Assembly (NCBI GenBank): GCA_021613535.1
Contig: CP075493.1
Coordinates: 15,748,001 to 15,812,000 of the forward strand
Length of the DNA: 64,000 nt
Direction of reading: 5' to 3'
DNA from: Adineta vaga
Lineage: Eukaryota; Animalia; Rotifera
The notes under the pieces are model-generated. The model searched no databases. It was given only the letters and a program-made list of their open reading frames with translations, and had not been told where the DNA came from. Shown one piece after another: positions 27,125 to 40,063 of this stretch. Both the position numbers and the translations under genes were made by a program. Every line of letters begins with the position of its first letter. The stretch's first letter is position 1.

Positions 27125-27513
27125 ATGTTAGTTTTGACTGAAATAAAGTGATTGAATTAGGTATCAAACATTTTATTAAGGTAACTTAAGCAACCGAAAT
27201 GAGAAATACGAAAGATTATAAATTTATTGTTATTAGATTGAAAACATTGTCATATTATTTGAATAACATAAATATGTTAAAAGTTGTGGATGTGACCGGT
27301 GAAGATATCAGTATTTGTTAGTTTTGATCATCAAACCATTGATACACTCGTTTATTTTTTCGATCATCATTATTAACACGATCTTAAAGATTGATAAGAA
27401 TTACACGTAAACATGAATTATCCATGTATTACAGAAAATGACCTGTTATTATATATGATAAGAATGAGAAAAAATATGAAGCTTTTTTTTCTCAATTGAA
27501 ACATCGAAATACA

Positions 27514-28966
27514 GGATATGTCAAGAAATCCGGAAAAGAAAAATCCGGAATCGAAAAAATCCGGAAAAGTAAAATCCGGAAAAGTAAAATCCGGAAAATA
27601 AAAAATCTGGAAAATAAAAATCCGGAAAAAAAATAATCCGGAAAAGTATAATCCGGAAAAGTAATAAAACATGTTTGTGAACATGGAAATCTCATACCCG
27701 ATATCCGCTCAGCTAGATAGTATGACAACAGAGAGAAAAAAAAGAAATGATCAGATGAGGAATCGAACCTCGGTCGTACCACGTACCTGACGGATGCTAT
27801 ACCAAGATTGCACGCCAATGATGATGTTTCCAGGCGGATCATCATGTTCGCCACGGACGAACAGAGTGAGTTTTCTTCTTCGAAATTTATCCATGAAATT
27901 GTTCCAAACAACTCCATCCAGGCTTTCTTTGCGTCATCGTGCTCATGACTGAGCGAAAGGTTTTTGATTACAAGCCTTTATTTTGCGTTCTCAAAGATCA
28001 TGCTGTTCGTCTCAAGCTTGCTTTCCAACCTACACGAGTGACAACTGATTTCGAAGTGGCACTCATCGGCGTCATCGACAGCGAAGTGATTCTTTCCCTA
28101 TCCGAGTTCTTAGAAGATCTAGTTTCTCTTTCTTCTTCTATTCAGTTCCCAAACAGTCACCACAAGGGTTGTTACTTCCACTATACTCAAGCAATCCATC
28201 GGAGAATTCAGACACTTGGGCTTCCTACAGTCTACAAGACTGACCTCGAAGCACACGCTTCAGCTAGAAAGCTTATGGCCTTGGCTCTGCTTTCACTCAA
28301 TCAGATCGAACAAGGGTTCGACGACATCGTGGAAGAAGCGCCCAATTCTATCGATGATCTCATCGATTACTTCCGAGACCACTGGATGAAGAACATCAAG
28401 TTGAGCCTATGGAATGTGACGGATCTCAATGCGCGCACCAACAATCACGTTGAGGGTGAATAATTCTCCCGTTTGTCTTCTTGCAATCTGTTAACGAGAA
28501 GCATTTCCCTTCTCTCATTCAAAGGATAGAATAATCGTTTCAATAAACGGATGAACAAAACTCATCCTAACCTGTGGGCGTTCATCGCTTGCTTGCAAGC
28601 TGAAGAAGTCACCTTTCAACAACAATATCTCAAGCTTAAAGCGGGAGCGCAACAGAAGAAAGCGCCGAAGACATTGGCCATGCAGAAACACATCGATAAT
28701 TTAGGTACTCGCTTCTGCAACGGCGACATCGATTGTGCCGAACTTCTCGACAGACTCTCTCTTTTGGTAGCTTCGAAGAAATAAACTTCTTATCAAATTG
28801 TCCCTCACATCTTCATTATTTCTACTTATTATATCTTTTATCACTATTACACTACAAATAAAATTTTCCTTGATTTTTCACTCTTCAGATTTTTCTTTTT
28901 CTGGATTTTTTCTTTTCCGGATTTTTTCTTTTCCGGATTATTATTTTCCGGATTTCTTGACAACAC
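27514..28966 (+). mobile_element. Mutator-like (MULE) DNA transposon, internally deleted/defective
   Basis: TIRs (TGTCAAGAAATCCGGAAAA / TTTTCCGGATTTCTTGACA) with ~15-bp subterminal tandem repeats. Direct repeat CGAAATACA at 27505-27513 and 28967-28975. Transposase motifs TDFE, GCYFHYTQAI and RTNNHVEG. Confidence 0.9.
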
Positions 28967-29059
28967 CGAAATACATATAGTCATAGTTTGTTCTATTGAA
29001 TTTATTTTTCAAAAGGGAATAAAGTTATTTGAAAGTTTGATCGATTAGTATCTTTGCTC

Positions 29060-31710
29060 CATTTGAATCTCTATAGGGTTGCGACTAAGCCGTGTCCAAT
29101 TAAATCTGGGTCTCCAATTCATATTTTGAAACAACGTTTGAAACCATATAGTTTCATAGCAGTTATTTTTTTGCCAAATCGTATAATGATACTAATATCA
29201 GCGTATATACTAAAAATTCCAACCGTTTGTTTTAATGATACTGTATCTCTGTTTTTATTACATGTATCTGAATTTCGACAATGATTTTGTCGAAGTCATT
29301 TAGTTTGTGATCGATCAATAGTTCTTCTGATTCAATAGGTGATAAAATACCCGAATTTCATTCATCTTGATATATCCAATCTTTTCTGATTGGTAAATTA
29401 TATGAACTGTGACTAAATTCTACGCCAACAGAAATCAAATTACAATATACATTGTTTGTATAATATTGAATGGAATGATTACTCCAAAGAGCAACATCAA
29501 TATCTCTATTCAACAAACTGCTATATATTTCATCGTCTGTTTTTATTTGATAATAATCTTTTTTACCATGTGAAATCGTATTTAAATAATAATATTCTAT
29601 TGATGAACCACTGACAAATCCAATTCGATTCGATGAAATTTTACCATTTTTTATATCATCAATTCCTAATATCATATTATTCGCGTTTTTTGCTATTAAA
29701 GATTCCACTAAACCAGCGGTATATAGAGCCAATAAGATCAGTTGTATAACATGTAAAGCGAATAAAAGCACTTGTTCACCAATTGTTCGTTTATTAACAT
29801 CAGGATCGGGATTTTTACCAATTATAACATATAATACATAACGAGTATTGTCCAAAAGTCGACTCCATCGGTTATCATTATCAGAAATGGCTATAGCAAT
29901 ATTTTTCTTCTCAAAAAACCATAATAATAAAGTTGTATATAAGATTGTACCGAATATAGTTAACCAGAGTGGATATGAAAATGGTGTCAAAAAGAACAAA
30001 ACTTAAAATTAAAGCTACGGATAAATCAATTATTTTAGCTCCATATGAAATTACAGTAATCGTGCTTAACACAGTATCAAATGAATTATTTTCTACTGCT
30101 TCTACTAATTTCATCATATTTTACAGTAGGTTTAGCTAACATAATAGCAGATACAAATCCCATTCTATACTTTGTAAATAAACAAGTATATCTTTAGAAA
30201 ATCCATCGAATTCAGAATTTTCAATTCTTCTGTGATTATCCGTCATTCCACTGTACATAACAGCTAGATTCTTCAATATAATAATTGGCGCAGCTTCAGA
30301 AACTACTATACGTAATTCTGTTAATCCTATAAAAATCCAAAATTCAAGTGTTAAAGTGAGTATTTAGATGTTATTATCTATACCTTTAATTAATTTGTAA
30401 CCTGCTGGAATATTTTCTGTTTGACTTGGCCATATAATATTATCCGATTCATTCTTATGTCCATTGAGATGCTTCAGTATTCCATTTTAATACTAATTTA
30501 TAATCAATATTGCCTATTTGTCCATTGATAGATTGAATATTTTTAAGAATATAATTTTGAGAACCAACATGATCAGTTGTACTTGTAGAAAATTTCACTT
30601 CAACAGAAACACCTACAAATGAGATCGATCGCATTATATCATAGTATAATTTTGAATTTAAAAATTGATGATAATAATAATTTGTAGTATTGATAATTTG
30701 TAAACATGATGATTGAAGGGAACAAAGTTTTTGTACCGATAATATAAAAGCCCATGTTGCATCAAAAGTAAATAATGCATAATTATGAACTTTGACATAA
30801 CCGGAAAATGTTTCAGGTTGATTATTTTTCCATATATGATAAGTTTGATCTAATAATGTTGTACTGATTGTACAGATTCAATGGTTAGAATTTCAATGAG
30901 TTTTTGTTTTTGTCTTTGATTATGAAATTATCTAATGACACAGTTGTTGTTAATATCCAAACAAAATCGGGTCCTAATAAATTTTCTTCCATGGTTTGTT
31001 TTAATATCATCATTATCAATTGTCCATTTGCCCAAAGAACAACAATACGTGAAAAACTATTTTGTAAGATTTGTAACTAATCAGTTTGAGAATCATTTCT
31101 ATTCATATCAACACCTATTATATCTCGAATTTTAATATCGATTTCATTAAATTTTTCTTTCAATGATTGCATTCCATCATTTCCATATTCATCATTTTGA
31201 TGCATAAGTATCGATAATTTCCATTTATATCGTTGAAATAGCAATGCAACAGCTAAATCAGTATTTTCGTCGGATGGGACTACACAATAAAATGCTCCAT
31301 TATCAATAGTTGATAAATGAGAACTCGTTGCTGAATATGAAATACTCATTATTCCCAATAGATATGCACATGATGACGGATATCGTATTTCTTTTGAATA
31401 TGCTGGACCAACAAATCCAACTATGTTCGATGTCGATACTTTATTACATGTACCATCGATTGTCAACATAATCTCATCATTATTGTCCTTGAAATGTTAT
31501 ATTATACTGTTTTGACAATAGAATAGCTGCTCGAAACATTGAATTACAATGCAACATCCAGATAACATTCTATGTTTCATTGCCTGGTTGTCGAGGAAAG
31601 AGACCAAGTAGTTTCGTATTAGATGAATCACCAGACCAGTTCGACTGTGATATTATTTGTGCTCTTATTTGAAATAGTATAGATAATATAATGATTAGTA
31701 AAAATGATAA
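29060..31710 (-). pseudogene. Ionotropic glutamate receptor pseudogene (paralogue of 55297-57966); ends approximate
   Basis: Fragmented ORFs with STSNIVGFVGP, ISYSATS, FDATWAFI, GIDDIKNGKIS..RIG and YCNLISVG; many stops and frameshifts. Confidence 0.85.
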
Positions 31711-32291
31711 ATATCGTATTTTTCTTTGTTATGGCCTAAGATCGAGAATTTAAAAAAATATATGCTGATGTGAAAATATTCGTTGATAGAAAAAGTTATG
31801 TATTTCTATATTATTTAAAAGCAGTAAGATTGTTTTTTATCTTCCCTATTTATTTTATTTACCTGTGATGGAAAAATATTTTCAAATTAACTAAAATAAT
31901 GACATTTTACAGCAATATCATTAACTATCATCATTTCAAATATATTTTGCCCAAAAGCATTTGAAGCTCGACACATCGATCGTGTTGGTAATAGAACTAA
32001 TTTATCGTCTGTAATTAAAGGCGCCCCCGGATAAAAAATAAACAATTTACGTTAAAAATATCAGTTTCGAGATTTTACTGAAATACCTAACATAAACGAT
32101 TTTTTGTCGAAAATTTCAATTATGGAAAATAGTTGACCTTCCCTCCAAGGTAAAGACAGTAGAGGAGCAAAACACGATAAAAGTAAAAAGGGTATGGGTA
32201 TCATAATGCCCGGAAACGATGTCGGAATCCCTCTACGGGAATTTCCGGAATTTTATCGGTTCCGGTCGCATCCCACCGTAGAGAATTGATC

Positions 32292-32478
32292 TGGGTGTAC
32301 ATACTCAATTAATCGTGAATACAGAGATGCGTCCAAAGAGGAAACAAAAGAACAGTGTAGACCTGGTCGAACTTTATTGCCTGCATATCTGGACGAGTTC
32401 GTTTAGAGACAGGATTTCGGTGCTAAACCATTTCAAAATATAATTATGCAAATTGTTGAAAATTATTCACTTGCTTGA
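32292..32478 (+). mobile_element. Merlin/IS1016-like (ISXO2) transposase C-terminal relic
   Basis: GVHTQ...RTLLPAYLDEFV*RQDFGAKPFQNIIMQIVENY resembles the YLDEF.WR terminal motif of this family. Confidence 0.55.
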
Positions 32479-32599
32479 TTCATTTTTTTTCTTAAATAAA
32501 TATCTCTTGCTTCATATGACATGTATATGTATTATGTTTCTCTTTTCTTCTTATTGGTTATGATAATTAGTATCGAAGTATTTTCCTTCAAATCAAACA

Positions 32600-33329
32600 A
32601 ATTTTGTTATTGGTAGACGAAATCAAAATTTTAAAAATTATAATAAAGAAAATGTGAATGTTAATTTCAATGTAAAATGGATTCCAATGGATTTATTGAA
32701 ATCTGAAGGAATAAATAAATCACTTAGTAATAATATTGACACTATTTTACATCTTGTCAGTATGAATTTAGAAAAGTTAATGGTCAACTTGGTGATATAG
32801 TTATAACAAAGAATTTAATTGATTCTTTAGATAAAAAGAAAATAAAACATTTTATTTATATTTCAATCGTTGGAATTGATAAAATTTCACTTGGATATTA
32901 TCAAGCTAAAGTCGAATGTGAACGTTTAATTAAATCAAGTGGAATTCCATATACGATATTGAAAGCTACTCAATTTCATGATTTCGTTGACGATGGTGTT
33001 AGTAAATTACTTAAACTTCACATATCAGTCGTTCAAAAAAAGTTAAAAGTACAACCAATTCAAATTGAATCAGTTGCAAAGGAACTCGATAAAATTGCCA
33101 AAGAATCACCAGCGAATACAACTTACAATCTTGGTGGAAAGAAAATCTACACTTTCAAAGAGATCGTAGAATCATTGTTGAAAGTCCGACACGAAAATAA
33201 AATGATTCTTAATATGCCGATCATTGGTGGTGTTATGAAGGCATTTGCCAGAGGTAAAAATACTTGAGACAATATTTCACCATCTTCGAATACTTGGGAA
33301 GAATATTTAACTGAAAAATATACTAAATA
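32600..33329 (+). pseudogene. Bacterial-like NmrA/atypical SDR NAD(P)-binding protein pseudogene
   Basis: HFIYISIVGIDKISLGYYQAKVECERLIKSSGIPYTILKATQFHDFV; frameshift near 32775, premature TGA at 33265, and no recognisable N-terminal GxxGxxG. Confidence 0.75.
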
Positions 33330-33937
33330 AATACGTATTTTTATATTTACATTTTGTCATTAGATTAGAAATTTTCAACTAATATCGACTACGTAGAATC
33401 TTTTGTTCTTTATTTTAACTATTAGAAAAGATTATTTTTCACTCTTTTAACTTTAATATTGAAAAATGTTGTTATCAATATTTTTTAGTTGTTTAAAAGC
33501 ATTCGAATTATTCTTTTGGAAATAATCAATAAATTATGAAATAAAGAGAAAAATAAATGACTAAAAATACGACCAAATGACAATACTAAACATACTAGTT
33601 AAACCCTTAGTTTTTTTGTGAAACTCACATATATTTTTCAAAGAAAAATAGGTGAGTGTTAGTTTTAAGTTGAGAAATATGGCCCGCTCCCCTTCCCTCC
33701 ACCCTTCATTACAGACAAGATTCTATCGCAAGTAAATCCCCGTCTAAGACAGGACACTATTACAAGCAGAGGGCCATTCATGAAAGACTTTCGGCAAAGG
33801 GGGAGGGGAGTTCGGTCAACCCTTTTTAGTCGCCGGTACAGACACAACTCTGGTATAGGCAAAACTCCATTATAGGAATAATCCGATTTCAAGAAAACTC
33901 CTGTTAAGTAAAGACTATTATCGCAACTAGACTTATG

Positions 33938-34014
33938 TGAGGGTGTGGGTGTGGGTGAGGGTGGGTGTAGGTGTTTTTCCTTCTCTCATCCATATCTACA
34001 CTCACACCTCTAGA
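33938..34014. repeat. Telomere-like hairpin element
   Basis: TGAGGGTGTGGGTGTGGGTGAGGGTGGGTGTAGG...CTACACTCACACCTCTAGA. Confidence 0.85.
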
Positions 34015-34589
34015 ATATTAGGAACCTCTTTGTTTGACGTTCGAATCTATCACGTATCGAATTCTTTTGACTTTTTAGACAATTTCGAAAAAGTGTTTTT
34101 TTGACCTTTAACCTTTGACCCTGACACACACATATATATACAAAAAATTTTTTTCATATGATCCTCGTTTCAGTCGAGGGAATAATATCTCAAAATCATT
34201 TCCGAATCAATACTGCAAAACCAAGCCTTTTGGTGTGAGTGCATGCCTAGCTATCAGAAATATTTTCTTCCGTATGATGATTTTCCGAATTTGCGCGCTT
34301 TTGAACAAATCCTGATACGAAGATATTGTGTAGATGCTACATGTTTCATGTGATGATGTTAGATAGAAGAGGCTCCAGTGCTGATGAATCTACGCTTTAC
34401 TTTATTTTTCATATCATACATCGCATCGTTTTCATACAAAATAGTGACTTATATACTCTTTCGAAGAAGAAAAGGACAAAGGATTATAGGAATAGAGTGC
34501 AAAATAGGAACAAATATATGGATATAACGCTTTTCGCTGACTTCATTATATTTTACGCGTAAAATTTAATATCTGTCGTATAAATATGC

Positions 34590-34832
34590 AGCAGTGTCAC
34601 ATATCCCGCATTTTGGAGACGCACCCTCATCTCTTTCAGGAGACGACCTAGTCTCCGGCGGGAGATGCAGCATTTTGTGCGGGATATGTGCATATTGAAG
34701 AGTGAGGGTGCGTATCCTGATGGAGATAACTGCATATCCCGCACAAAATGCTGCATCTCCCGCCAGAGACCAGCTCGTCTCCTGAGGGAGATGAGGGTGC
34801 ATCCCCGATCTGCGGGATATGTGACACCACTC
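34590..34832. mobile_element. Palindromic MITE with nested inverted repeats
   Basis: Terminal GTGTCACATATCCCGCA / TGCGGGATATGTGACAC, plus an internal perfect 28-bp inverted repeat (34661-34688 vs 34733-34760). Confidence 0.75.
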
Positions 34833-35350
34833 TATACATTACATAATGGATTATTGGAAAAGTTATTATACCCTGAAACACTGTTAATAACGATCTTTTT
34901 GTTTGTAAACTTGTATTTTCACTTTATTAAACGTTACTTTGTCACAAATATTTCATTACCAAAGGGTTTATTACAACTTTTTTTTTTATAAAGAATTTTA
35001 TGAACGAATAAGCACTACAGGAAATTATAATCTGAAAGTAATTATATTCTAATTTTTCTCTGACATTTTAAGCTGTATTTACGCCATAATTATGACATGT
35101 TTATTTGAAAAGCCTTTCCAGAACTCAAGAAGAATGTGCGTCATACTAGTTAGAATACTTAAGATTTTCTAATTGTTAAGAGAGGTTTCATGTCCCCATC
35201 GAAAAACTCAATTTTATGATCACAATTAATGTATAATTTTTTTCGTCACTCAATTTCTCTCGCAAAACTGAGGTTGTGAAAGATTTTTTAGACTTGTACA
35301 CTGTAATCTGATGGAGTTACAAGTATTGAAACAATGAGGGATCTGAAAAC

Positions 35351-35526
35351 TAGTGACGGCGCCAAGGGTGAGCTGAGGTCGGCTGAGACCACCCTGACTT
35401 AAAAACATCTTTGCAGAAAACTGATTTTTATATTACAAAAATGCACGACTTCTATAGCTGAGCCCACCCTATATATTTTTTGAATGGCTTAGCCCTCCCT
35501 AAGTGGAAATTCTAGCACTGCCGCTA
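35351..35526. mobile_element. hAT-type MITE
   Basis: 8-bp direct repeat CTGAAAAC on both sides, imperfect TIR TAGTGACGGCGC / GCACTGCCGCTA, internal GCTGAGxCCACCCT repeats. Confidence 0.65.
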
Positions 35527-35851
35527 CTGAAAACTCAAAGAAAAGGGTCATCACTAGTATTTTCCCTATAATCCTGGACATATTTTATCCGTTTTTTTTC
35601 TCGGCCAACGTCTCATTCGAAAGAGCGTACAAAACTGTATGGTTCACAAAATAGAAAGAACTGATACACTTCAGACTACATAAATATCAATATATGATAT
35701 TAAGTCGGTCAGATTTTCCAATGATTTTTTGCGAGAAATTTTCAATGATGGATAAATGCTTCTCCTCTCTCTCTTTACATAATTATAACCTAGAGTTATG
35801 CAAAGAAAAGAAAACGAGAAAAAAATGAAAAGAAAGAAGAGAAAAAGAACG

Positions 35852-35878
<27 letters not shown>
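35852..35878. repeat. (TA)n microsatellite
   Basis: About 13 TA units, seen directly. Confidence 0.9.
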
Positions 35879-35882
<4 letters not shown>

Positions 35883-35942
35883 CTACTACAGTCTTCTGTT
35901 TCATATTATATTATTAATCAACATAGATCGTTTTTCAACAAT

Positions 35943-37147
35943 ATGGAAAATACATCTGCTGTGCGCGTTCAGTTACGCGATGAAAGCTCCTTTGAAGACT
36001 ATTTCTATCCACCTCTTGCTACCAAATTTTATTTATGGGGTTATCTGTGTTTATTCATTCTTGGTTATACTGGTAATAGTGCTAGTCTAATTACATTTAC
36101 TCGGCCAATATTAAGAGCGAGTTCAACTGGTACATTATTCATTGCTTTAGCTATCTCAGATATATGTTTTTTATCTGCATTAATTTTTGATTTTATTAAG
36201 TATGGTTTACGGTTTCAACTGGATACACGCATTGATTTCAATTTTATGTGTCGCTGGCGTGAATTTCTGATGAATGCGAGTCAATTCTGTTCAGCATGGA
36301 TTCTTGTCATTATTGCCATGGATCGATGGATTCGCACACGATTTCCATACAAATCAGCTGCTATTTGCACTCAAAAGAAAGCTTTGATAGCTATAGCTAT
36401 TCTATGTAGTATCACCATAGGTCTTCATGTTATGTTCTTAACATCATTGTTTGGATCGACAGGTTTTGCGATACCATATTTTGATTGTATACCAATGTTG
36501 GGTGTATTAGATGATTTTATCAATTTTTATTATCTAACATGGCCTATTCTACAAGTAAGATACTTTCATATTGATCATTTGTTAATAAGTTCATTTCATT
36601 GATAGTCATCGATCAGTTGTCTTGCTCCTGCTGGATTAATATTAGTTTTTATTGTTGATATGTTCATCAAGATACGTCTTCAAAAAAAGGCTATACATCA
36701 ACAAGCCCATAATCAAAATCGGAATCAAACAATTAGACACAACCATCGTGTACAAAATCAATTATTTCTTCTCATGCTGTCAAATGTCATCATATTTTTC
36801 ACTACAACTGTTCAGATTGGTGTATATCGTATTCTATATGTTTATTTGGTATACGTTTCCGTTGATCTGACTATTCCATTTATCACAAGTTTAACTGTAA
36901 TTTTAACTTGGTTTTTGGGTATTAACTATTCAGTAGGTCTAATGTATTAGAGAAATAAAACTAATTTAATTCTATTTAGATAAATTTCTATGTTCATTGC
37001 TTAACTTCAACATTATTTCGTAACGAATTTAAGAAATGTTTCAGTTTTTTATGCATCTTATGTCAAAGAAGAGGTGTTCGTGTGAATATCGTTCCAACAG
37101 TCAATACAACCAGAACAAACAAAAATTTACAGAGAAAAAAACACTAA
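35943..37147 (+). CDS. Rhodopsin-like peptide-receptor-type GPCR; exons 35943-36554, 36606-36932 and 36980-37147
   Basis: GYTGN, LAISD and AMDRWIRTRFP motifs. Two short GT-AG introns restore TM5 and INYS|INFYVHCLTSTLFR. Confidence 0.88.
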
Positions 37148-37689
37148 TTGTGTTTTTAATTTTAACAATAGAATGATGAAAGTCATTTTTATTAATCCCA
37201 AATGTGGAAAACAAGAACCTTCTTTACTTTTAATTAAACATACTTTCTCAACACTTTCACATAGAATATCATATTAACAATAAATCATTCTCAAATACTA
37301 TCAATAGAAACCTAAGATTCATTATTGTTTAATTGTCAAATAAAAATCATCTAAAACAGATTGTGTTTCTTTTTCATAAAGAATAGTTATTGTTAGTGAA
37401 CGCTTAAAGAGATATTTCTGTCGAAGGAAACGAGATCTTTTTCATCTTTATGTTTTCTTCCACCGACGAAAAAAGCAAATAGTTCATGATTTTTTAAATA
37501 GTAACAAAACGGCTGTGTAAAAGAAACTTCAAAACGTCTTTCTCAATAAAAAATACCAGTAAATGAAAACAAAACTCTATTGATTGTTTGACACGCCGTC
37601 AATAGTGACAACAGACTTAGAAGTTTGTAGAGACAAGTGCAACTGCTCTCGAACGAATCAAGAAAACGTTAACGAAATCCATGTAGTTT

Positions 37690-37738
37690 AGGATGGGTTT
37701 GGGTGAAGAAGAGATACGCTGACCCACACCCTCTAGAT
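37690..37738. repeat. Telomere-like hairpin element (core reversed)
   Basis: AGGATGGGTTTGGGTGAAGAAGAGATACGCTGACCCACACCCTCTAGAT. Confidence 0.85.
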
Positions 37739-38325
37739 AGAAAATAAAATATTCATCGTATCTTCTTTCTGAAAGTTATTACCAACCCAATTAACGAATT
37801 TTTTTGTTTGTTTTGTTTTGTTTTGTTTTGTTCTTCTGTGAGTTTAGGTTCAATTGTCATCTTGTAGGCATAGAGATCAAGATCTTCCGTCAATATTCGA
37901 TGTGCACTCGATCTGGAAATACCATAATCTTTAGTCACACTTCTAGCTGACACCATCTTGTTTTGATCGTTATGCTGGTTTGATCAAAACGTGGAACACC
38001 TGGTAATGTTGACAGTATGATAGAACCAGTGTCACGGCTCATTTTGCACCATCTTGTGATAGTAATCAAGCCCAAAGAACCATTTAAATTCCGAAAGATT
38101 TTGTTAAGTCCATCACCATCTTCGTATTTATGAAGAACTACGTTTTGAAGATCTTTACTTTTCATTCTATATCGAAGATAGAAGAAGTTGATATGAAATA
38201 GGAAGTATAGCTTTTTTTGTAGAGAATGAAACGATGAATCTTTTTAAAAATTGATTCCAAACGGATTAGTTTTGATGAAGATGTCAGCAAAATATGGAAA
38301 GGCCCATCCTTTCTGGAACACTCTT
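37739..38325 (-). mobile_element. Tc1/mariner-superfamily (Avmar-like) transposon, 5' half only
   Basis: MKSKDLQNVVLHKYEDGD...RWCKM and SARS...GISRSSAHRILTEDLDLYAYK HTH segments with frameshifts. Putative TIR AGAGTGTTCCAGAAAGGATGGG near 38325. Ends at KEDTMNILFS. Confidence 0.8.
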
Positions 38326-38685
38326 TATGTACCCCAATAGAATGGTTGTGCACGACTATATAGCTCATTGATTGAATCAGTAATCTAGTTGATTATCGAT
38401 CGTGCGATGAATATTGTGTTGGAATTTTCCTTGAACTCATTTTGCTCATCTCTGATAGAGTGTGTGTCATTTTTCTAAATCAGCATTTATCTTGATGTGC
38501 TGGAAATGTTTTTTCAAATAAAACGCATTGAAACTGATTCATTGAATATTTTACTCCAAAAAATATCGAATTTCATTGTTTAAATGTATCAATAGCTTTT
38601 ACAACTTGCTCATCATTATCAGACTTGTATGATGCTGCTCAAACAAATCCATCTATTATTTGTTTTACTCTTTCATTCTGGTAAT

Positions 38686-38780
38686 CAGTGATGCGATCGG
38701 TTCGTGTTTTTGCAAAATCAAACCGAACCGAACCGCGCCGAATGAGTTTTTTTAATTATCGAACCGAACTGAACCGAAAT
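38686..38780. mobile_element. hAT-like transposon end with AACCG subterminal repeats
   Basis: CAGTGATGCGATCGGTTCG followed by repeated AACCG/AACTG; no partner end found. Confidence 0.45.
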
Positions 38781-39955
38781 ATATTGCTCCTCCCAAATAC
38801 TAGAAGTTTCCTTTTTAAATTTCGACTAGGAGAACCATATCAGAAACATCCGTGTATTAAAATCTTTTTCAGCGCTTTTTTCGGAAACTTTGGCATCTTT
38901 TTCATAGCCAAGTTTAAAAAAGAATTAAATTTTGAGGTTAAAATGTGTTTAAAATTCAAAATTAGGTCTATAATCTCTTGAAGAAAGTTTGAACAGAACT
39001 GAAAACTTGAATATTTAAATTATTTAAAACTTATAGAACACATTAACAGTTACCTCCAAAAAAATTTAGCATTGGCAACATTAGAGGCCTTCATGAATTT
39101 CTAATATGGAAGGAGATTACAAAATTCTATGCGGTAAAGAATTATAAGTGATTCTTTGAAAAATGATTCTATTGTTGATTTCTCTAGCAATAGTGATAAA
39201 TCAAAAATTCAATCCACCTAGGTAACTAATTCGACCGCCAAACAATTTGAATTTTTTAAAAATTTTACAATAAGAGAAATCTTTATAAAGAAACAAACAG
39301 AAAATAATAACAATTACATATCTCAATTCTCAAATCTTTCCAAAGAAAACATCAAAACATTGTTAATTCTTCACTTCTACATCGTTTGTAATTGAATTAC
39401 GAGACATTCCAATTAGACGAGTATCACTATTTTAACTTCGCAGACGACATCTTTTTTGTTCTGACTCTAAGTTTCTCTGCTGCTCTTATTAATCAACGTC
39501 AACAAAATATGTGTTCACTTTACTTTTGCAAATGTCAATCCGAACCGATTCCATCACTGATGGTAATCAAGTTAAATTTTTGTTGTACGTGCGTACAACT
39601 CAATAGTTTTCGATCTATAATTACTTGTTATATTATCCATATTCTCATATGTATGTTTATTTGGTTCATCTGACACGTATAGTTCGTCAAAATGAAACCA
39701 AAGCATAAGTGTAGGTAATATTTTAGGAAGTGAGCAGATTGAGGGTGTAGCATGTACAGCTGCTACTTCATATCGAATATGTTTCTCATAACTTTTTAAA
39801 GGTTTTACTTTCAACATAATACCTAATACTTTTTGAGTAGATGTAGCTATTTGTCGAAATTTATCTCAGCAACATAATCAACTCGTTCAGTTTTACTAAT
39901 TTCATTTTTCATTCAGATTGGTCGCATATAATTTAATCTCTTCCTTTATAAAAAT

Positions 39956-40063
39956 CAAGGAAGGAAAAGCGAGACTTCATTTACTTCAAAAAGTATTTGA
40001 AGTATGACTGAAGTTCAGTGAAGTAGGTGGAAGTATCGTCGAAGTCTCGCTTCTTTCCCCTTA
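39956..40063. mobile_element. 108-bp MITE with 8-bp TSD
   Basis: ATAAAAAT on both sides; TIR CAAGG..AAGCGAGACTTC / GAAGTCTCGCTT..CCTTA; internal GAAGT repeats. Confidence 0.75.

Noticed and set aside
27418-27917. ORFs with FPDF/FSGF repeats (also 28798-28980)
   Set aside because: They are translations of the MULE subterminal tandem repeats.
34553-34991. Four overlapping short ORFs
   Set aside because: Artefacts of the GC-rich palindromic MITE.
38330-39460. Possible degraded minus-strand gene interrupted by TE fragments
   Set aside because: No convincing motif could be reconstructed.
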